Position numbers and translations under genes: made by a program. Source: a virus (lineage: Duplodnaviria; Caudoviricetes). Taken from it: DNA of 35,556 nt. Where the stretch lies: positions 1 through 35,556 of IMG/VR virus record IMGVR_UViG_3300025676_000048; one strand, given 5' to 3'. Shown one piece after another: positions 1 through 9,442 of this stretch. Under the pieces are notes generated by a model. That model saw nothing but the letters and a program-made list of their open reading frames with translations, ran no database searches and was not told the DNA's origin. Each line of letters opens with the position of its first letter. The first letter of the stretch is position 1.

Positions 1-168
1 TAGAATCTCACCAACAGTTTATTGGTTGTCAGTGCTGTGCCTGCAAAGATCGACAGTTCACCCTCTCCAGTTTGCAATGCCCCATCGGGTGCTATCCACA
101 TTGGTGTTCCCGGCACTAGACCTGTATGCGTATTTTCAATTGACCCAACCGTGAGAATTAATGCAGAG
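1..168. repeat. Terminal direct repeat, left copy (circular assembly overlap)
   Basis: 1-168 matches 35389-35556 except at position 42 (T vs G). The repeat lies inside a coding sequence. Confidence 0.95.
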
Positions 169-1928
169 TCACCACTTAGGAAATTGTCAGCAGCAAACCC
201 TAGAAAATACCCATCAGCAAGCGACGAACTCATTCGTTCCTCACCCGGACGATAAAGCGATACATCTATTGATGCCCCGTTAGTGTAAGCCCACAATGCT
301 TGATGTGCGTGTGTAACCATATGCCCAGAGACACTATACCCGGTCAATAGTGTGATTGTGCTACTGTAGCTGCCGACAATAACACTCGTTACATAGGTAT
401 TTTCATTGACATGCAGAGCGCCGATTAGTGAATGACCAGTGGAAAGCGAACCTTTCATGTATGTAAAAGCACTGCGCTCTGGATCATAAATAATCTCAAT
501 ATCATCAGGGTGAGGTGTAGACCCGTTAGGGTGGTATCCGGGCAACCCATGATTATCGGTAGCATTGTCATGGATGATTGGCGCAGAAGAAGCGCTACTT
601 TGTTCCACCCACAAAGAGTCGATATGATAACTTTTATTATATTCGTGCGGATACGTTCCCTGCTTGAACTGCATGAAAACTTGTAAGTTAACCATTACGC
701 ACTTGCTTGCTTCCCATGCTGTTGTTATTTTGTACTTCCCCGGTGCGAACCCCCAAGGTGAACTAGACCAACCCCCTGTGTCCGTACCGGTGGTGTGCCA
801 TTCGCGCCCCGATGCCCCGTTAAATCCCCAATATTTTGTGTAATCCACACAGATGCAATAAATATCCATGTCAAAAGTGAGTGTTGTACCACTTTCGCCG
901 AGCCAAGGCGCAAAAGTTCCTGCCGGTGAAAACGCATGAACAGCAGTAGCGTTCAGAAAACTGGTATTATTACTGCTATTGAACGGTTGAAAAAGATCAC
1001 CGACTACCGAAAGCGTTGACCCATTAAATGTGTAAATCCCGATTGTCCTGCGACCACCGTTGTTTGAATAGTAAGCGATATTGTAGGGATCGACCGGAGC
1101 CGCAAGATTTCCATAACCCGAAAATCCACCAAGCGCACCCTCAAGTGCAGAATCAAAAGCACCATACGTCAGAACAACTTTATCGTTCACCGCATCATAA
1201 AAAGCGGAACTCTCGTAAAATGTCGCGTGATGCCCGTTATTGAAACTTTGTGCTGCGTTCCACTGTATCGCCCCGGCAGTCAATGCTCCCACTTGAAACT
1301 TAGCACCATTTTCTGTGTCGTACCAAATCAATATCTTGTCATCGACAATACAAGTCGCAATGTATCCGTAATGTTCGTAGCGAACACCCCACAAAAAATC
1401 TGTGACTGACAATGAAGAATCAATATCAACAACGAAATCATCATCTGAAAGCTCGTTCGACACGGTGTGCCCGACGATATACTTTATTTCTGTTGTGCCT
1501 ACCCGATCTTTAGCCTGAACACTATTGTTGCCAACGGTGTAAAAAATAACTGATTGCTCACGCACTGCGTCATAAACAGAATTTTGAATCTTCACCTGTG
1601 TGCCAGACGAAATTGATCCGATCTCGATGTGTTCTGTCGGAAATGCCTGCATGGATTCTCCAACAGACGAAACAGTGCCGTCAGAGTTCAATACAATAGC
1701 ATCGCCTGCTGTCAAATCGCCCAACGCTATCAATTCGACAGCGCCACCAACACCAACTCCACCACCGGCAGAAGTTCCTCCGGCAGTTGTTGTTCCGGCG
1801 GATGCTAATCCATCGACAAAGTTTGCTCTGGTTATCTTCTTGACAGTACCGGCATCGTCGACCAAAACCTCCATCGCATTATCTGCGACCAAAACTTCTG
1901 GTAGGTCGGTTAATTTAGTCTGTGCCAT
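1..1928 (-). CDS. 642-aa virion appendage / putative receptor-binding protein spanning the contig junction (absent from the ORF track)
   Basis: Hand translation from ATG at 1928 (MAQTKLTDLPEV...) is open to position 3 (...IFAGTALTTNKLLVRF). The TAG is completed through the circular overlap (35388-35390). It has a Gly linker and propeller-like repeats (VYDAVREQSVIFY, FYDAVNDKVVLTY). Confidence 0.9.
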   Translation of the reverse strand, partial: MAQTKLTDLPEVLVADNAMEVLVDDAGTVKKITRANFVDGLASAGTTTAGGTSAGGGVGVGGAVELIALGDLTAGDAIVLNSDGTVSSVGESMQAFPTEHIEIGSISSGTQVKIQNSVYDAVREQSVIFYTVGNNSVQAKDRVGTTEIKYIVGHTVSNELSDDDFVVDIDSSLSVTDFLWGVRYEHYGYIATCIVDDKILIWYDTENGAKFQVGALTAGAIQWNAAQSFNNGHHATFYESSAFYDAVNDKVVLTYGAFDSALEGALGGFSGYGNLAAPVDPYNIAYYSNNGGRRTIGIYTFNGSTLSVVGDLFQPFNSSNNTSFLNATAVHAFSPAGTFAPWLGESGTTLTFDMDIYCICVDYTKYWGFNGASGREWHTTGTDTGGWSSSPWGFAPGKYKITTAWEASKCVMVNLQVFMQFKQGTYPHEYNKSYHIDSLWVEQSSASSAPIIHDNATDNHGLPGYHPNGSTPHPDDIEIIYDPERSAFTYMKGSLSTGHSLIGALHVNENTYVTSVIVGSYSSTITLLTGYSVSGHMVTHAHQALWAYTNGASIDVSLYRPGEERMSSSLADGYFLGFAADNFLSGDSALILTVGSIENTHTGLVPGTPMWIAPDGALQTGEGELSIFAGTALTTNKLLVRF

Positions 1929-2226
1929 TTTGGACTCCTGTGATTTTTGCAACGAGCAACTGGCTATTCAATGCCATGCTTTTCTTGTTTGATTCCACCA
2001 TCTCATCACGGAATGACGAAATCGCTTGTGTTTGTCCTCTGTTGGTCTGGCTCATTTCAATCTGCAAAACCGGCATCCATGCGATGGCACAACGATATTC
2101 ATCCAATTCTTCATGTGACTGAGGATTTTTGCCAACCACTTTTGTCCACCAGTGGCATTGATGGATTTTGCCATCTTTGATTTCTTCACACTGGCTACCC
2201 AGAGGGCATGTTTTTACAATTTCCAT
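1915..2226 (-). CDS. Cys-containing tail-fibre-associated protein
   Basis: CPL..C...C.WW...G.NP.....DE..CAIAWMP.L.IE pattern, which I recall from phage genes downstream of short fibre genes. It is coupled to both neighbours. Confidence 0.7.
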   Translation of the reverse strand: MEIVKTCPLGSQCEEIKDGKIHQCHWWTKVVGKNPQSHEELDEYRCAIAWMPVLQIEMSQTNRGQTQAISSFRDEMVESNKKSMALNSQLLVAKITGVQNGTD

Positions 2227-2750
2227 TAGCTTTTCTTACAGATCATAACGTCTACATACTTCAACTCAAGTTGAATACTATCTAGTGTCATTATTGACAG
2301 CAATCCCGATGACATGTCGAGAACATGCTGTTGCGCCCACTCACCCGGAACTGGTTTTGCAACCCAATCTGAGAATCCGTCCGCACCTGTCTCCCCTCCC
2401 GGCACTCCGGAGACAACACGCAAAGCCGCATCATTAATGACTTCTTGAGTCCATCCTGCCGGAATTGCCACTTGATGAAAAACCATTTTCGTGCCAGATG
2501 CAAATGATGATGAAGCCCCACTGGTCGCAGTTGCGACAACGCTATCAATGATAATCAACCAAACGTCATCACCGGCATAAATTTTCAAACACGCATTGGT
2601 CGTGTCTACCCACAACATGCCGAATACTGGGTTTTGTGGGGGGGTCGCGCCCGTGTTAGTTGTCGCAAGTGCCATCAGTGCAGTGTTAATGTCGTTCCTA
2701 ACCTCTGCGCCAGTGCCATTGTCGATTATAAAATCTGGTGTTTGTGCCAT
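2226..2750 (-). CDS. Short tail fibre / adaptor protein
   Basis: N-terminal MAQ.DF.I.NGTGA.VR.DIN.AL.AL anchor, GMLWVDT knob and a collar-like F.SGTKMVF.Q...P.GW segment. Confidence 0.75.
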   Translation of the reverse strand: MAQTPDFIIDNGTGAEVRNDINTALMALATTNTGATPPQNPVFGMLWVDTTNACLKIYAGDDVWLIIIDSVVATATSGASSSFASGTKMVFHQVAIPAGWTQEVINDAALRVVSGVPGGETGADGFSDWVAKPVPGEWAQQHVLDMSSGLLSIMTLDSIQLELKYVDVMICKKS

Positions 2751-2752
2751 CG

Positions 2753-3940
2753 CTAAAATCCTGTCGCTTGATAATTGAATGTTGTTGGAACTGGCACATC
2801 GTTTACATCGACAAATGTCACAGTGAAACCAATCAGGTTTATGTTTGAAATCTCAAAACTGCCGACTAAATCATGAGCCGAAATGCCAATAAATGGTGGT
2901 CTCTGAAACGGCTTGTCAAATGTCACAGTATGTACGCCAGTTGCATCCGTTTCGACACCAAAACCACGCGCAGTCCGGTCAGGTACATTCGCGGTCACTC
3001 CAAGTTTCGTCACGCGCACGTTTGTGTTTTGCATCGGCGACGTTAGCACTAGCCGAAACTGAAAAGCGAACCCGGTCATCTCCACCCCGTCAATGAGTGG
3101 TTGCCAATCATCGTCATGAAATGTTTCGCTCACTGAACCCCTTGAGCGAATTTGAACTTCTTTCGTTACGCTACTCCCTGCGAGGGAATCCCAATCTGCC
3201 CAAGCATCGACTGTTGGCAGACGTTGGTCAAATTTATCTTCAAGCGATAAATCCTCACTATCTAGAATAGTCTTGAACGTTACCGAGCCGACCTCGGTTA
3301 GCGTTAATCCATTGTCAAAATTATAGATTCCTTGCTCTGGAACACCGTAGCTATTCGTCACCAGAATATCATCGCCAGTATTAGTGATAAGAGTATCGCC
3401 GTTATTCAACTCAACAAGAAACGGCTCAGGCATCAATTGCAGCGCATCATCAACCACTTCTGTCTGCCAGTGCGAGCCTGCAAATTCGATGTGCTGAATG
3501 AACTCCTGCAATTCGTTAAGTTGTTTTTCTTCTACTGTGGAAACTGCCGCAACATGATTCGGCGATTCCATTCCTCCACGAACCACTTTCATCATGTAAG
3601 TGCCAATCTTATGCGGCGTTGCCGTCATGACATGCCCATAAGAAAGTGTTTTTATTTTTGTGCCATCAGACCATTTGGCATCCACCAATTCTGATGTGTG
3701 ACGAAGTTCTAGTTTAGCTTTTTGGTCAGTTATTTTGTTCCACTCAAGGTTTGCAACAGAGTCCGTCACGGTCACATTGAGATACTGCAAATCAGTCGGT
3801 GCGTCCTGATGCCCATCAAAAGTAATATCTCCGTAGTGCCATGCGCTAGGAACTCCTGCAACATTGACTGTCCGAACTCGCAACTCAAACACGGTGATTT
3901 CGTCAACAACATTGTTGATATATTTGGTGTAACTGGTCAT
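2753..3940 (-). CDS. Tail tip protein, C-terminal part (gpJ-like, FN3/Ig segments)
   Basis: Begins with the FN3-type strand FELRVRTVNVAGVPSAW. Contains FQFRLVL and ends with an H-type-lectin-like VTFDKPF...P...GFTV...FNYQATGF. ATGA overlap with the upstream gene. Confidence 0.75.
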   Translation of the reverse strand: MTSYTKYINNVVDEITVFELRVRTVNVAGVPSAWHYGDITFDGHQDAPTDLQYLNVTVTDSVANLEWNKITDQKAKLELRHTSELVDAKWSDGTKIKTLSYGHVMTATPHKIGTYMMKVVRGGMESPNHVAAVSTVEEKQLNELQEFIQHIEFAGSHWQTEVVDDALQLMPEPFLVELNNGDTLITNTGDDILVTNSYGVPEQGIYNFDNGLTLTEVGSVTFKTILDSEDLSLEDKFDQRLPTVDAWADWDSLAGSSVTKEVQIRSRGSVSETFHDDDWQPLIDGVEMTGFAFQFRLVLTSPMQNTNVRVTKLGVTANVPDRTARGFGVETDATGVHTVTFDKPFQRPPFIGISAHDLVGSFEISNINLIGFTVTFVDVNDVPVPTTFNYQATGF

Positions 3941-6123
3941 GACGAAGCAACCTTGTCGGTGTTTGACTCAATCTCGTCAAGTCGAATCCACTCTCCGGTG
4001 CTGTGACTGCGATATTCAAATTCAGCGTAATCAGCAAACGGCTCGTTGGTTTCCCAAGTCACTGTCGCTTTTGTCACAAGCGTGTCATCAGGAGCAATAT
4101 TGTCTAGGGATTTTGGTGCATACGTTATTTCCTCATTCCCCACCATATTTGTTGGCGGCAAACAAGTGTCGAGATTTGGTAGATTTGTGTCTGGCTTTAT
4201 GTCATCGTGAATCACCAGATCGGACAAGTCATAAACTGATTCATCGTACTCTCGACACCCGATTAAGATTTCATCGTTGGGTTGCAACGACATTTTCAAT
4301 ATCCGAAACGGTTTAGCTTCCCACCCCGGCGTAGGATGTGTAACGTTGATAACATCACCGACCTCAACAACTAGCCCAACGATGGTTGCCGTGAACTCTA
4401 CATAGATTTGTTGTCGTGACTGTTTCAGATTAGCCAAGGCAATCTGTTGCGCTGTTGCCATGTCGCTTGTGAACGGCAGTTTAAGATCGGCTTGCAGAAC
4501 AAGATTATTGTCGAGTTCTTTGAGTTCGTCACGCTCGACAACCACTTGGTCATCCTGCCACGTTTCTTCCTTGTTGAAAAATCTAGCCCTGACAGAGTTG
4601 AATGTGTTTGATTTATCCCCTAAAGAAATGCTCCATGAGCCAGTGATATTGTTTGCATTCGCTGTGCCAGTTACGGTCGTTGGCTTGTCTACGATGAGCC
4701 TATATTTGCCACCCGAAAAAACCATCATTCCTCTGCAACTTGTCAATAAGTCGCTCAAATTGCTCATCGCTTTTTTATCTACATCGACCACGCCATTGCA
4801 GGTGTATCGTTTAGCCGCTAGGTCTTGTCCTTGAAACAATATATCAAGACTAGCACCTCTATCATAGTTCATAACCAAATCTGGATTGGTGACCACTTTG
4901 ATGCTCGTCAACGCGATAGGGTCATTCAGAGTGATGGTAACCGTTGCTCCCCTGTGGCTTCGATTTCCTAACCAATAACTATCTGATGCGGATATTTCTC
5001 CACCGGGCAATCCGTGTGACGTTGCCAACAATGTCGGGTCAAGAATATTACCGACAGCAAATCTATCGTCAAGGGTTTCAGATGCTTCAATCGTTACGCC
5101 GTTGCTGTAACTTGCCTTAGTTAATGAATGATCTATTCTGTCACCCACATCAAACTCAACACCATCGACCAATAAACGCAATGCCCCGAATGCAGGATGT
5201 GTCTCTGTAGCGCTAACCGTTATGATGATTTTTTTCACACCGCTAAATGTTGCCGGAACATCGCTCGTCACCGCGTATTCTTCTTGAGTCGCAACGCCTG
5301 TCTGATATGGCACAGCCAGTGTTGCAATGTCCTGCATCTTGGCATCGCTTGTGCCTTTCGTCACCAGTTCATCACAATAATCTGCCGCAACGATAATCGC
5401 CGCATCATCTATGTGAACTTCATCAATTCCGCGCCCATATACCTTGTTAGTCAGATAATCTCTAATACAAAGTGCCGGATTATCACTCCAAGCATCAGCG
5501 CCAGTTCTTGGGTCATGTACTTTCACGCCTTTCACATCGAACGTGAATGTTGGTATCCCGGAGAAAAAGACCTTTCTATCATGGTAGAGTCGAACGTATA
5601 TATATGCCACCCCACTCAGTTTATGATTTGCAGTCCACTGGTCTGGCATGCGCTCAATCAGATTTTCATCGGCAACCTGATCCCATGCGCCAAGATGTTC
5701 GTTGAACTCTACAACCGGAACACCTCCATGAGATACGCCGAACCGCTCATTCACAACACCATCAATTTCATACTGTGTGTCGTTAATCCAAATCTGTTCA
5801 AACGATTCAATTTCACCCTCGGCAATCGCAAGAACTATATGAAGTTCTCTATGATTCTTTTCGGATGACCCAACAAAAACCCTAGTTGCTCCAACCCTAC
5901 GCTCACCATAAATCACCTTTATTGGCGCAAGCGCAGACGCTTTATTTGCAAGCATTCCTTGGCTGTCCATGCTTGGCATGTCCTCGCCCAGAAGTTTTTG
6001 CATACCATAACTGACAGCCATAGCAACGCCAACTTTCGCCGCCGCAATAGCCACAGTTACCACTGTCGTTGCTGTACCATACGACATACCCATTGCCATC
6101 AGGTACGGGACTAACGCAGGCAT
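3937..6123 (-). CDS. Tail tip / central hub protein, N-terminal part (gpJ-like)
   Basis: Motifs PI.VIYGERRVG, AEGEI, HKLSGVAY, WSDNPALCIRDYL, YTCNG and VEVGDVI. The ATG at 6123 is the more likely start than 6138. Confidence 0.88.
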   Translation of the reverse strand: MPALVPYLMAMGMSYGTATTVVTVAIAAAKVGVAMAVSYGMQKLLGEDMPSMDSQGMLANKASALAPIKVIYGERRVGATRVFVGSSEKNHRELHIVLAIAEGEIESFEQIWINDTQYEIDGVVNERFGVSHGGVPVVEFNEHLGAWDQVADENLIERMPDQWTANHKLSGVAYIYVRLYHDRKVFFSGIPTFTFDVKGVKVHDPRTGADAWSDNPALCIRDYLTNKVYGRGIDEVHIDDAAIIVAADYCDELVTKGTSDAKMQDIATLAVPYQTGVATQEEYAVTSDVPATFSGVKKIIITVSATETHPAFGALRLLVDGVEFDVGDRIDHSLTKASYSNGVTIEASETLDDRFAVGNILDPTLLATSHGLPGGEISASDSYWLGNRSHRGATVTITLNDPIALTSIKVVTNPDLVMNYDRGASLDILFQGQDLAAKRYTCNGVVDVDKKAMSNLSDLLTSCRGMMVFSGGKYRLIVDKPTTVTGTANANNITGSWSISLGDKSNTFNSVRARFFNKEETWQDDQVVVERDELKELDNNLVLQADLKLPFTSDMATAQQIALANLKQSRQQIYVEFTATIVGLVVEVGDVINVTHPTPGWEAKPFRILKMSLQPNDEILIGCREYDESVYDLSDLVIHDDIKPDTNLPNLDTCLPPTNMVGNEEITYAPKSLDNIAPDDTLVTKATVTWETNEPFADYAEFEYRSHSTGEWIRLDEIESNTDKVASS

Positions 6124-6521
6124 CGCATCACCTCGCACTTGTCGATTTGACCGCCAAATCGTCCGGCAACTAATCCTTTGTGCCTGTCAATGGAGTACCC
6201 AAGACCCTCCAAGAAGATATGTGCGAACACAAAACTTTTCCCCTGCCGCAATATCAAGTCACCGTTTCGCAGTGTAGTGACTTGCTCCCAACCGAGCGTG
6301 TCTAAAATAGATCGCCAACTTGGAAAATCTTTGTAGAATTTGACCGCCTCACTGAATGATTTGTATTGACCCTCAACGGACAACAACACATCGCTGTTCG
6401 ATACTCTGTCCATCCATAAAATAGCTAGAGTGTTACAATCGTTAATTCCCCACGCAAACGGTTGGTTCCGAACCTCGCCCAACAATCTCGACAGAAACAT
6501 CTGATCGCTGATGGTAATCAC
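6111..6521 (-). CDS. NlpC/P60-like tail assembly protein (gpK position)
   Basis: PFAWG.NDC motif, GDL and H, located between the gpL-like and gpJ-like genes. Confidence 0.8.
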   Translation of the reverse strand: MITISDQMFLSRLLGEVRNQPFAWGINDCNTLAILWMDRVSNSDVLLSVEGQYKSFSEAVKFYKDFPSWRSILDTLGWEQVTTLRNGDLILRQGKSFVFAHIFLEGLGYSIDRHKGLVAGRFGGQIDKCEVMRCLR

Positions 6522-7087
6522 TTAATTCCCCACTTGATTTCATCGAGGACTTGGTCAGAGTATTGAAATCCTTTATCAGTTGAGTCCCACCGAGATACTT
6601 GCTCATTGTGACTTGTGTGCCTACCCCCCCTGCGCTCAAAATCGACCCAGTGACTAGCCGCTTCAATGCCGATAGAACAAGTGCCGGACTCAGGGTCTTC
6701 TGCGATGATAGGTTTATTGATTCGACCAGAAAATATTAGCACCGGATCAGCAACGGGAGTCATGGCAGAAGTCAGAAAGCATTTATACAAATCCATCTGT
6801 CTATCCAGATAATTCTCTGACAAGAACAGAGCAATCATCGACTGCTCAATACCTGATAACTGCGCTGTTATGTTTGATGTAATTAATTCTGACGTTTCTT
6901 CAATATCAGAAAAAGAAAGCAAATGACCAAGAGCGGTGTATATGCCGTTATTTGTCGTGAGTTCCCGGTTGAAATCAGTGAGTCGAACAATCGCATCATC
7001 CCAATGTAATTCCAACAGATGCACGACAATGCATTGATCTGCCCCGATTTCAGCAATTACATCTGCTGTCGCGCCCCTTGCCGCCAC
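6518..7087 (-). CDS. Minor tail / baseplate hub protein (gpL position)
   Basis: G.Y.ALG.LL.FS.IEE, F.GRI and D.GF.Y....I.WG motifs, plus synteny. Confidence 0.8.
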   Translation of the reverse strand: MAARGATADVIAEIGADQCIVVHLLELHWDDAIVRLTDFNRELTTNNGIYTALGHLLSFSDIEETSELITSNITAQLSGIEQSMIALFLSENYLDRQMDLYKCFLTSAMTPVADPVLIFSGRINKPIIAEDPESGTCSIGIEAASHWVDFERRGGRHTSHNEQVSRWDSTDKGFQYSDQVLDEIKWGIK

Positions 7088-7651
7088 TTAGATCACCTCG
7101 ACCAGTGACAATTGAAACGAATGAAACGAATGCACATCAATGGATGTATCTTGTTGATCGCTTGCCAGTGCAACCGTGAACTCAACTGATTCACACACGA
7201 TGCTTTCTGATGCTTCAATATCAGCGTGTAACGGTGGCTCGATGTGAATGCTTGAACTATTCGGAACATTAGTTACCATGTAGCATTTGTTGTGACCACT
7301 AAATTTGATGAAATCACCGGCGGTCAGCGATTGTGAACTTGTGCCGATGGAGTATGCTCCTGCCGGTTGGTTGATCCATACAGTGACCGCTGTATTTGTT
7401 CCAGTGGCGCTGTTGCCATAGTTACCCGGCACGAAAGTGAATGTCTCAAACTGCCCCTTACGCGCAACAATGAATGCCCAAAGTGGCGCAAATTCAATTC
7501 TACTCATCGGCGGATATTCAGCTTCGATCAACCACCGGTGACCCCCACGCTGTCTGACTTGCCGCTTGCCAGAATGGGTTTCCGAGATTAGCGTGGGCGT
7601 GTGCGATTTGATCGTCAGTGATTTAAACTTTGGATTCACGGGTAATTGCAT
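7088..7651 (-). CDS. Distal tail protein (Dit / gpM position)
   Basis: Directly follows the tape measure gene. SGKRQ.R, YPPMSR..F and AGDFIKFSGH.K.Y motifs. Confidence 0.8.
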   Translation of the reverse strand: MQLPVNPKFKSLTIKSHTPTLISETHSGKRQVRQRGGHRWLIEAEYPPMSRIEFAPLWAFIVARKGQFETFTFVPGNYGNSATGTNTAVTVWINQPAGAYSIGTSSQSLTAGDFIKFSGHNKCYMVTNVPNSSSIHIEPPLHADIEASESIVCESVEFTVALASDQQDTSIDVHSFHSFQLSLVEVI

Positions 7652-9297
7652 TATGCGGTGACTCCTGTCCTACCTTGTTTTCTATATGCCTGGTCAATCA
7701 TGCCAACAATGTGTTTTTGATTCTTCATCAGGAATGCTGTGCCGCTTTGCGTATCAACGGCATTAATTTGGAATGTGACATGAAGCGGTGCGCCACCATC
7801 CATCTCACGATTTGGAATTATTCGTCCTGCTGTATTGGGCCGGAACATTTCCTTGCCATGCTCACCCACGATGACTGACTGCCCTCCCTTGACTGTGCCA
7901 CCTGCAGCAGCAAACTTTGTCGGCTCGCTAAAAGTGAAACCCTGTGTGTTTAGTGACTGTAATCCGAGCGATGATCTGTCTATAGAAACCGAGCCTGGTG
8001 ATGCTGGTGCAATGCCTGGAAAGATGGCCGTTATCGCTTTAAGCAACTGCATCTTGATAATCATCTGTATCAGTCCTGCAATAACCGACTTCGCAAAGTC
8101 CTTGAACGATGCTTTTCCGGTCATCAGCGCATTGGTCAAACCCACGCTAATATCATCAATGAACTTAGTCGTAAACTTCGCCGCTTGCCGTTCCAGATTA
8201 TCAAACCCCTGAGTGAGTTTGCCGAGTTCGTTACCAAACTCACCGAAATTAAAATCCGGCAACAGACTCCACCCGTCATCACTCTTACTGGCATCCTTTA
8301 CTTTATCGAGGGCATCCTTAGTTCCCTCAAGCGCAGTAATTTGGGTATTCAGAGATGTGATGTTTAGTAAAACATCTGTCTCCATTTTATCCAGGCCATC
8401 GGTGACTGTGCCGAGCGAAATACCAACCTTGTCCAAACCCTTACTGAGAAAATCATTCTGTACAACGAAATCAACAATGGACCTGATTACTGCAATCACA
8501 CCCAGATTGAATTTCTCGATCAGAATCAGAACCTCTAGGAACATGACTTTAAGTGCTGTCATTGGAGATGAAACCAGCAACGTCATGGCATCATTCAAAC
8601 CCGTGATGGCCGGTGCGACAGACGCAGTGATCTTTGTGGCAACACCTCCAATCGCCTCACTCAGCCTACCCCATGAATCGTTCATGTCAGCAATCGCTTT
8701 CGCATTAGCGCCAGAAATAGTGCCACCGAGTTTGTCCAACTCTGATGATAGCTTGCTGACACCTTTGGCCCCGTTCTCCATCGTCTGTAAGAGCGCTACA
8801 CCCTCACTATCGAACAATTTCATCGCCAGGCGAACCTTGTCCGACTGATTGCCGACTTTTGAGAGTGCTTCAGCTAAAACTGAAAATTGATCGTCCAGTT
8901 TCATCCCTGCTAACTTGCGAGCATCAATCCCCAACTCACGCAACGCACCTTGAGCCTCGCCAGCACCGTGAGATGCCTCTGCGATTCTTCGGGTCATACG
9001 CTGCAATCCCATCGTCATGGTGTTGAAACTGACACCGGAAATCTTCGCAACGTAACCGAGTTTTGAGAGTGCTTCAGTGGTCGTACCGAGCCGCACACTG
9101 AGTTTGTGCATCTTATCGACAGACTGAGCAATGTTCTTGCCGACTAACCCACCGATGGCAGCACCGACACCAGCCATTTGTGTTCTGATGCCACCGAATG
9201 AACGATTAAGACGGCCCATTTTACTTTCAACGCTCTTAAAAGCAGTCCGGGTATTGTCTTTCGCGTTGATGTGTAACTTGATGTCCTTACTTGCCAT
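7651..9297 (-). CDS. Tail tape measure protein (548 aa)
   Basis: Ala/Gly-rich helical protein with N-terminal I.AKD.T..AF and C-terminal GG.V......VGE.G.E.F.P...G.I.PN. It follows the chaperone pair. Confidence 0.92.
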   Translation of the reverse strand: MASKDIKLHINAKDNTRTAFKSVESKMGRLNRSFGGIRTQMAGVGAAIGGLVGKNIAQSVDKMHKLSVRLGTTTEALSKLGYVAKISGVSFNTMTMGLQRMTRRIAEASHGAGEAQGALRELGIDARKLAGMKLDDQFSVLAEALSKVGNQSDKVRLAMKLFDSEGVALLQTMENGAKGVSKLSSELDKLGGTISGANAKAIADMNDSWGRLSEAIGGVATKITASVAPAITGLNDAMTLLVSSPMTALKVMFLEVLILIEKFNLGVIAVIRSIVDFVVQNDFLSKGLDKVGISLGTVTDGLDKMETDVLLNITSLNTQITALEGTKDALDKVKDASKSDDGWSLLPDFNFGEFGNELGKLTQGFDNLERQAAKFTTKFIDDISVGLTNALMTGKASFKDFAKSVIAGLIQMIIKMQLLKAITAIFPGIAPASPGSVSIDRSSLGLQSLNTQGFTFSEPTKFAAAGGTVKGGQSVIVGEHGKEMFRPNTAGRIIPNREMDGGAPLHVTFQINAVDTQSGTAFLMKNQKHIVGMIDQAYRKQGRTGVTA

Positions 9298-9442
9298 CGT
9301 CCTTACTCGCTTTGTGTTTTATATATATCCCCCACCCATAGAACTCGCGTAGGTTCATCTGCATAATCTCAGCGACCGTTTTGTGTAGATGCTCTGCAAG
9401 TTGGAATGCGAACATCACCTCTGGGTCGCTAATCAGTTTTTT
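9287..9442 (-). CDS. Tail assembly chaperone GT extension reached by -1 frameshift
   Basis: The slippery heptamer A AAA AAC (9442-9436) precedes the gpG stop. The -1 frame reads KLISDPEVMFAFQLAEHLHKTVAEIMQMNLREFYGWGIYIKHKASKDDGK*. Confidence 0.88.
   Translation of the reverse strand, partial: KKLISDPEVMFAFQLAEHLHKTVAEIMQMNLREFYGWGIYIKHKASKDDGK

Noticed and set aside
1-168. Biological direct terminal repeats (T7-like)
   Set aside because: The repeat falls inside a gene, and the terminase is lambda gpA (cos) type. An assembly overlap is more likely.
1-1900. Apparent gene desert or alternative genetic code at the window start
   Set aside because: A single standard-code minus-strand ORF covers it. 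It was missed only because its stop lies across the edge.
4813-5358. Intein in the tail hub protein
   Set aside because: No N-terminal Cys/Ser splice motif, no HN-C/S/T end and no LAGLIDADG motif.
5197-8848. Long plus-strand ORFs (e.g. 5197-5868, 8213-8848) antisense to tail genes
   Set aside because: They have no motifs and have the composition typical of antisense shadows of real genes.
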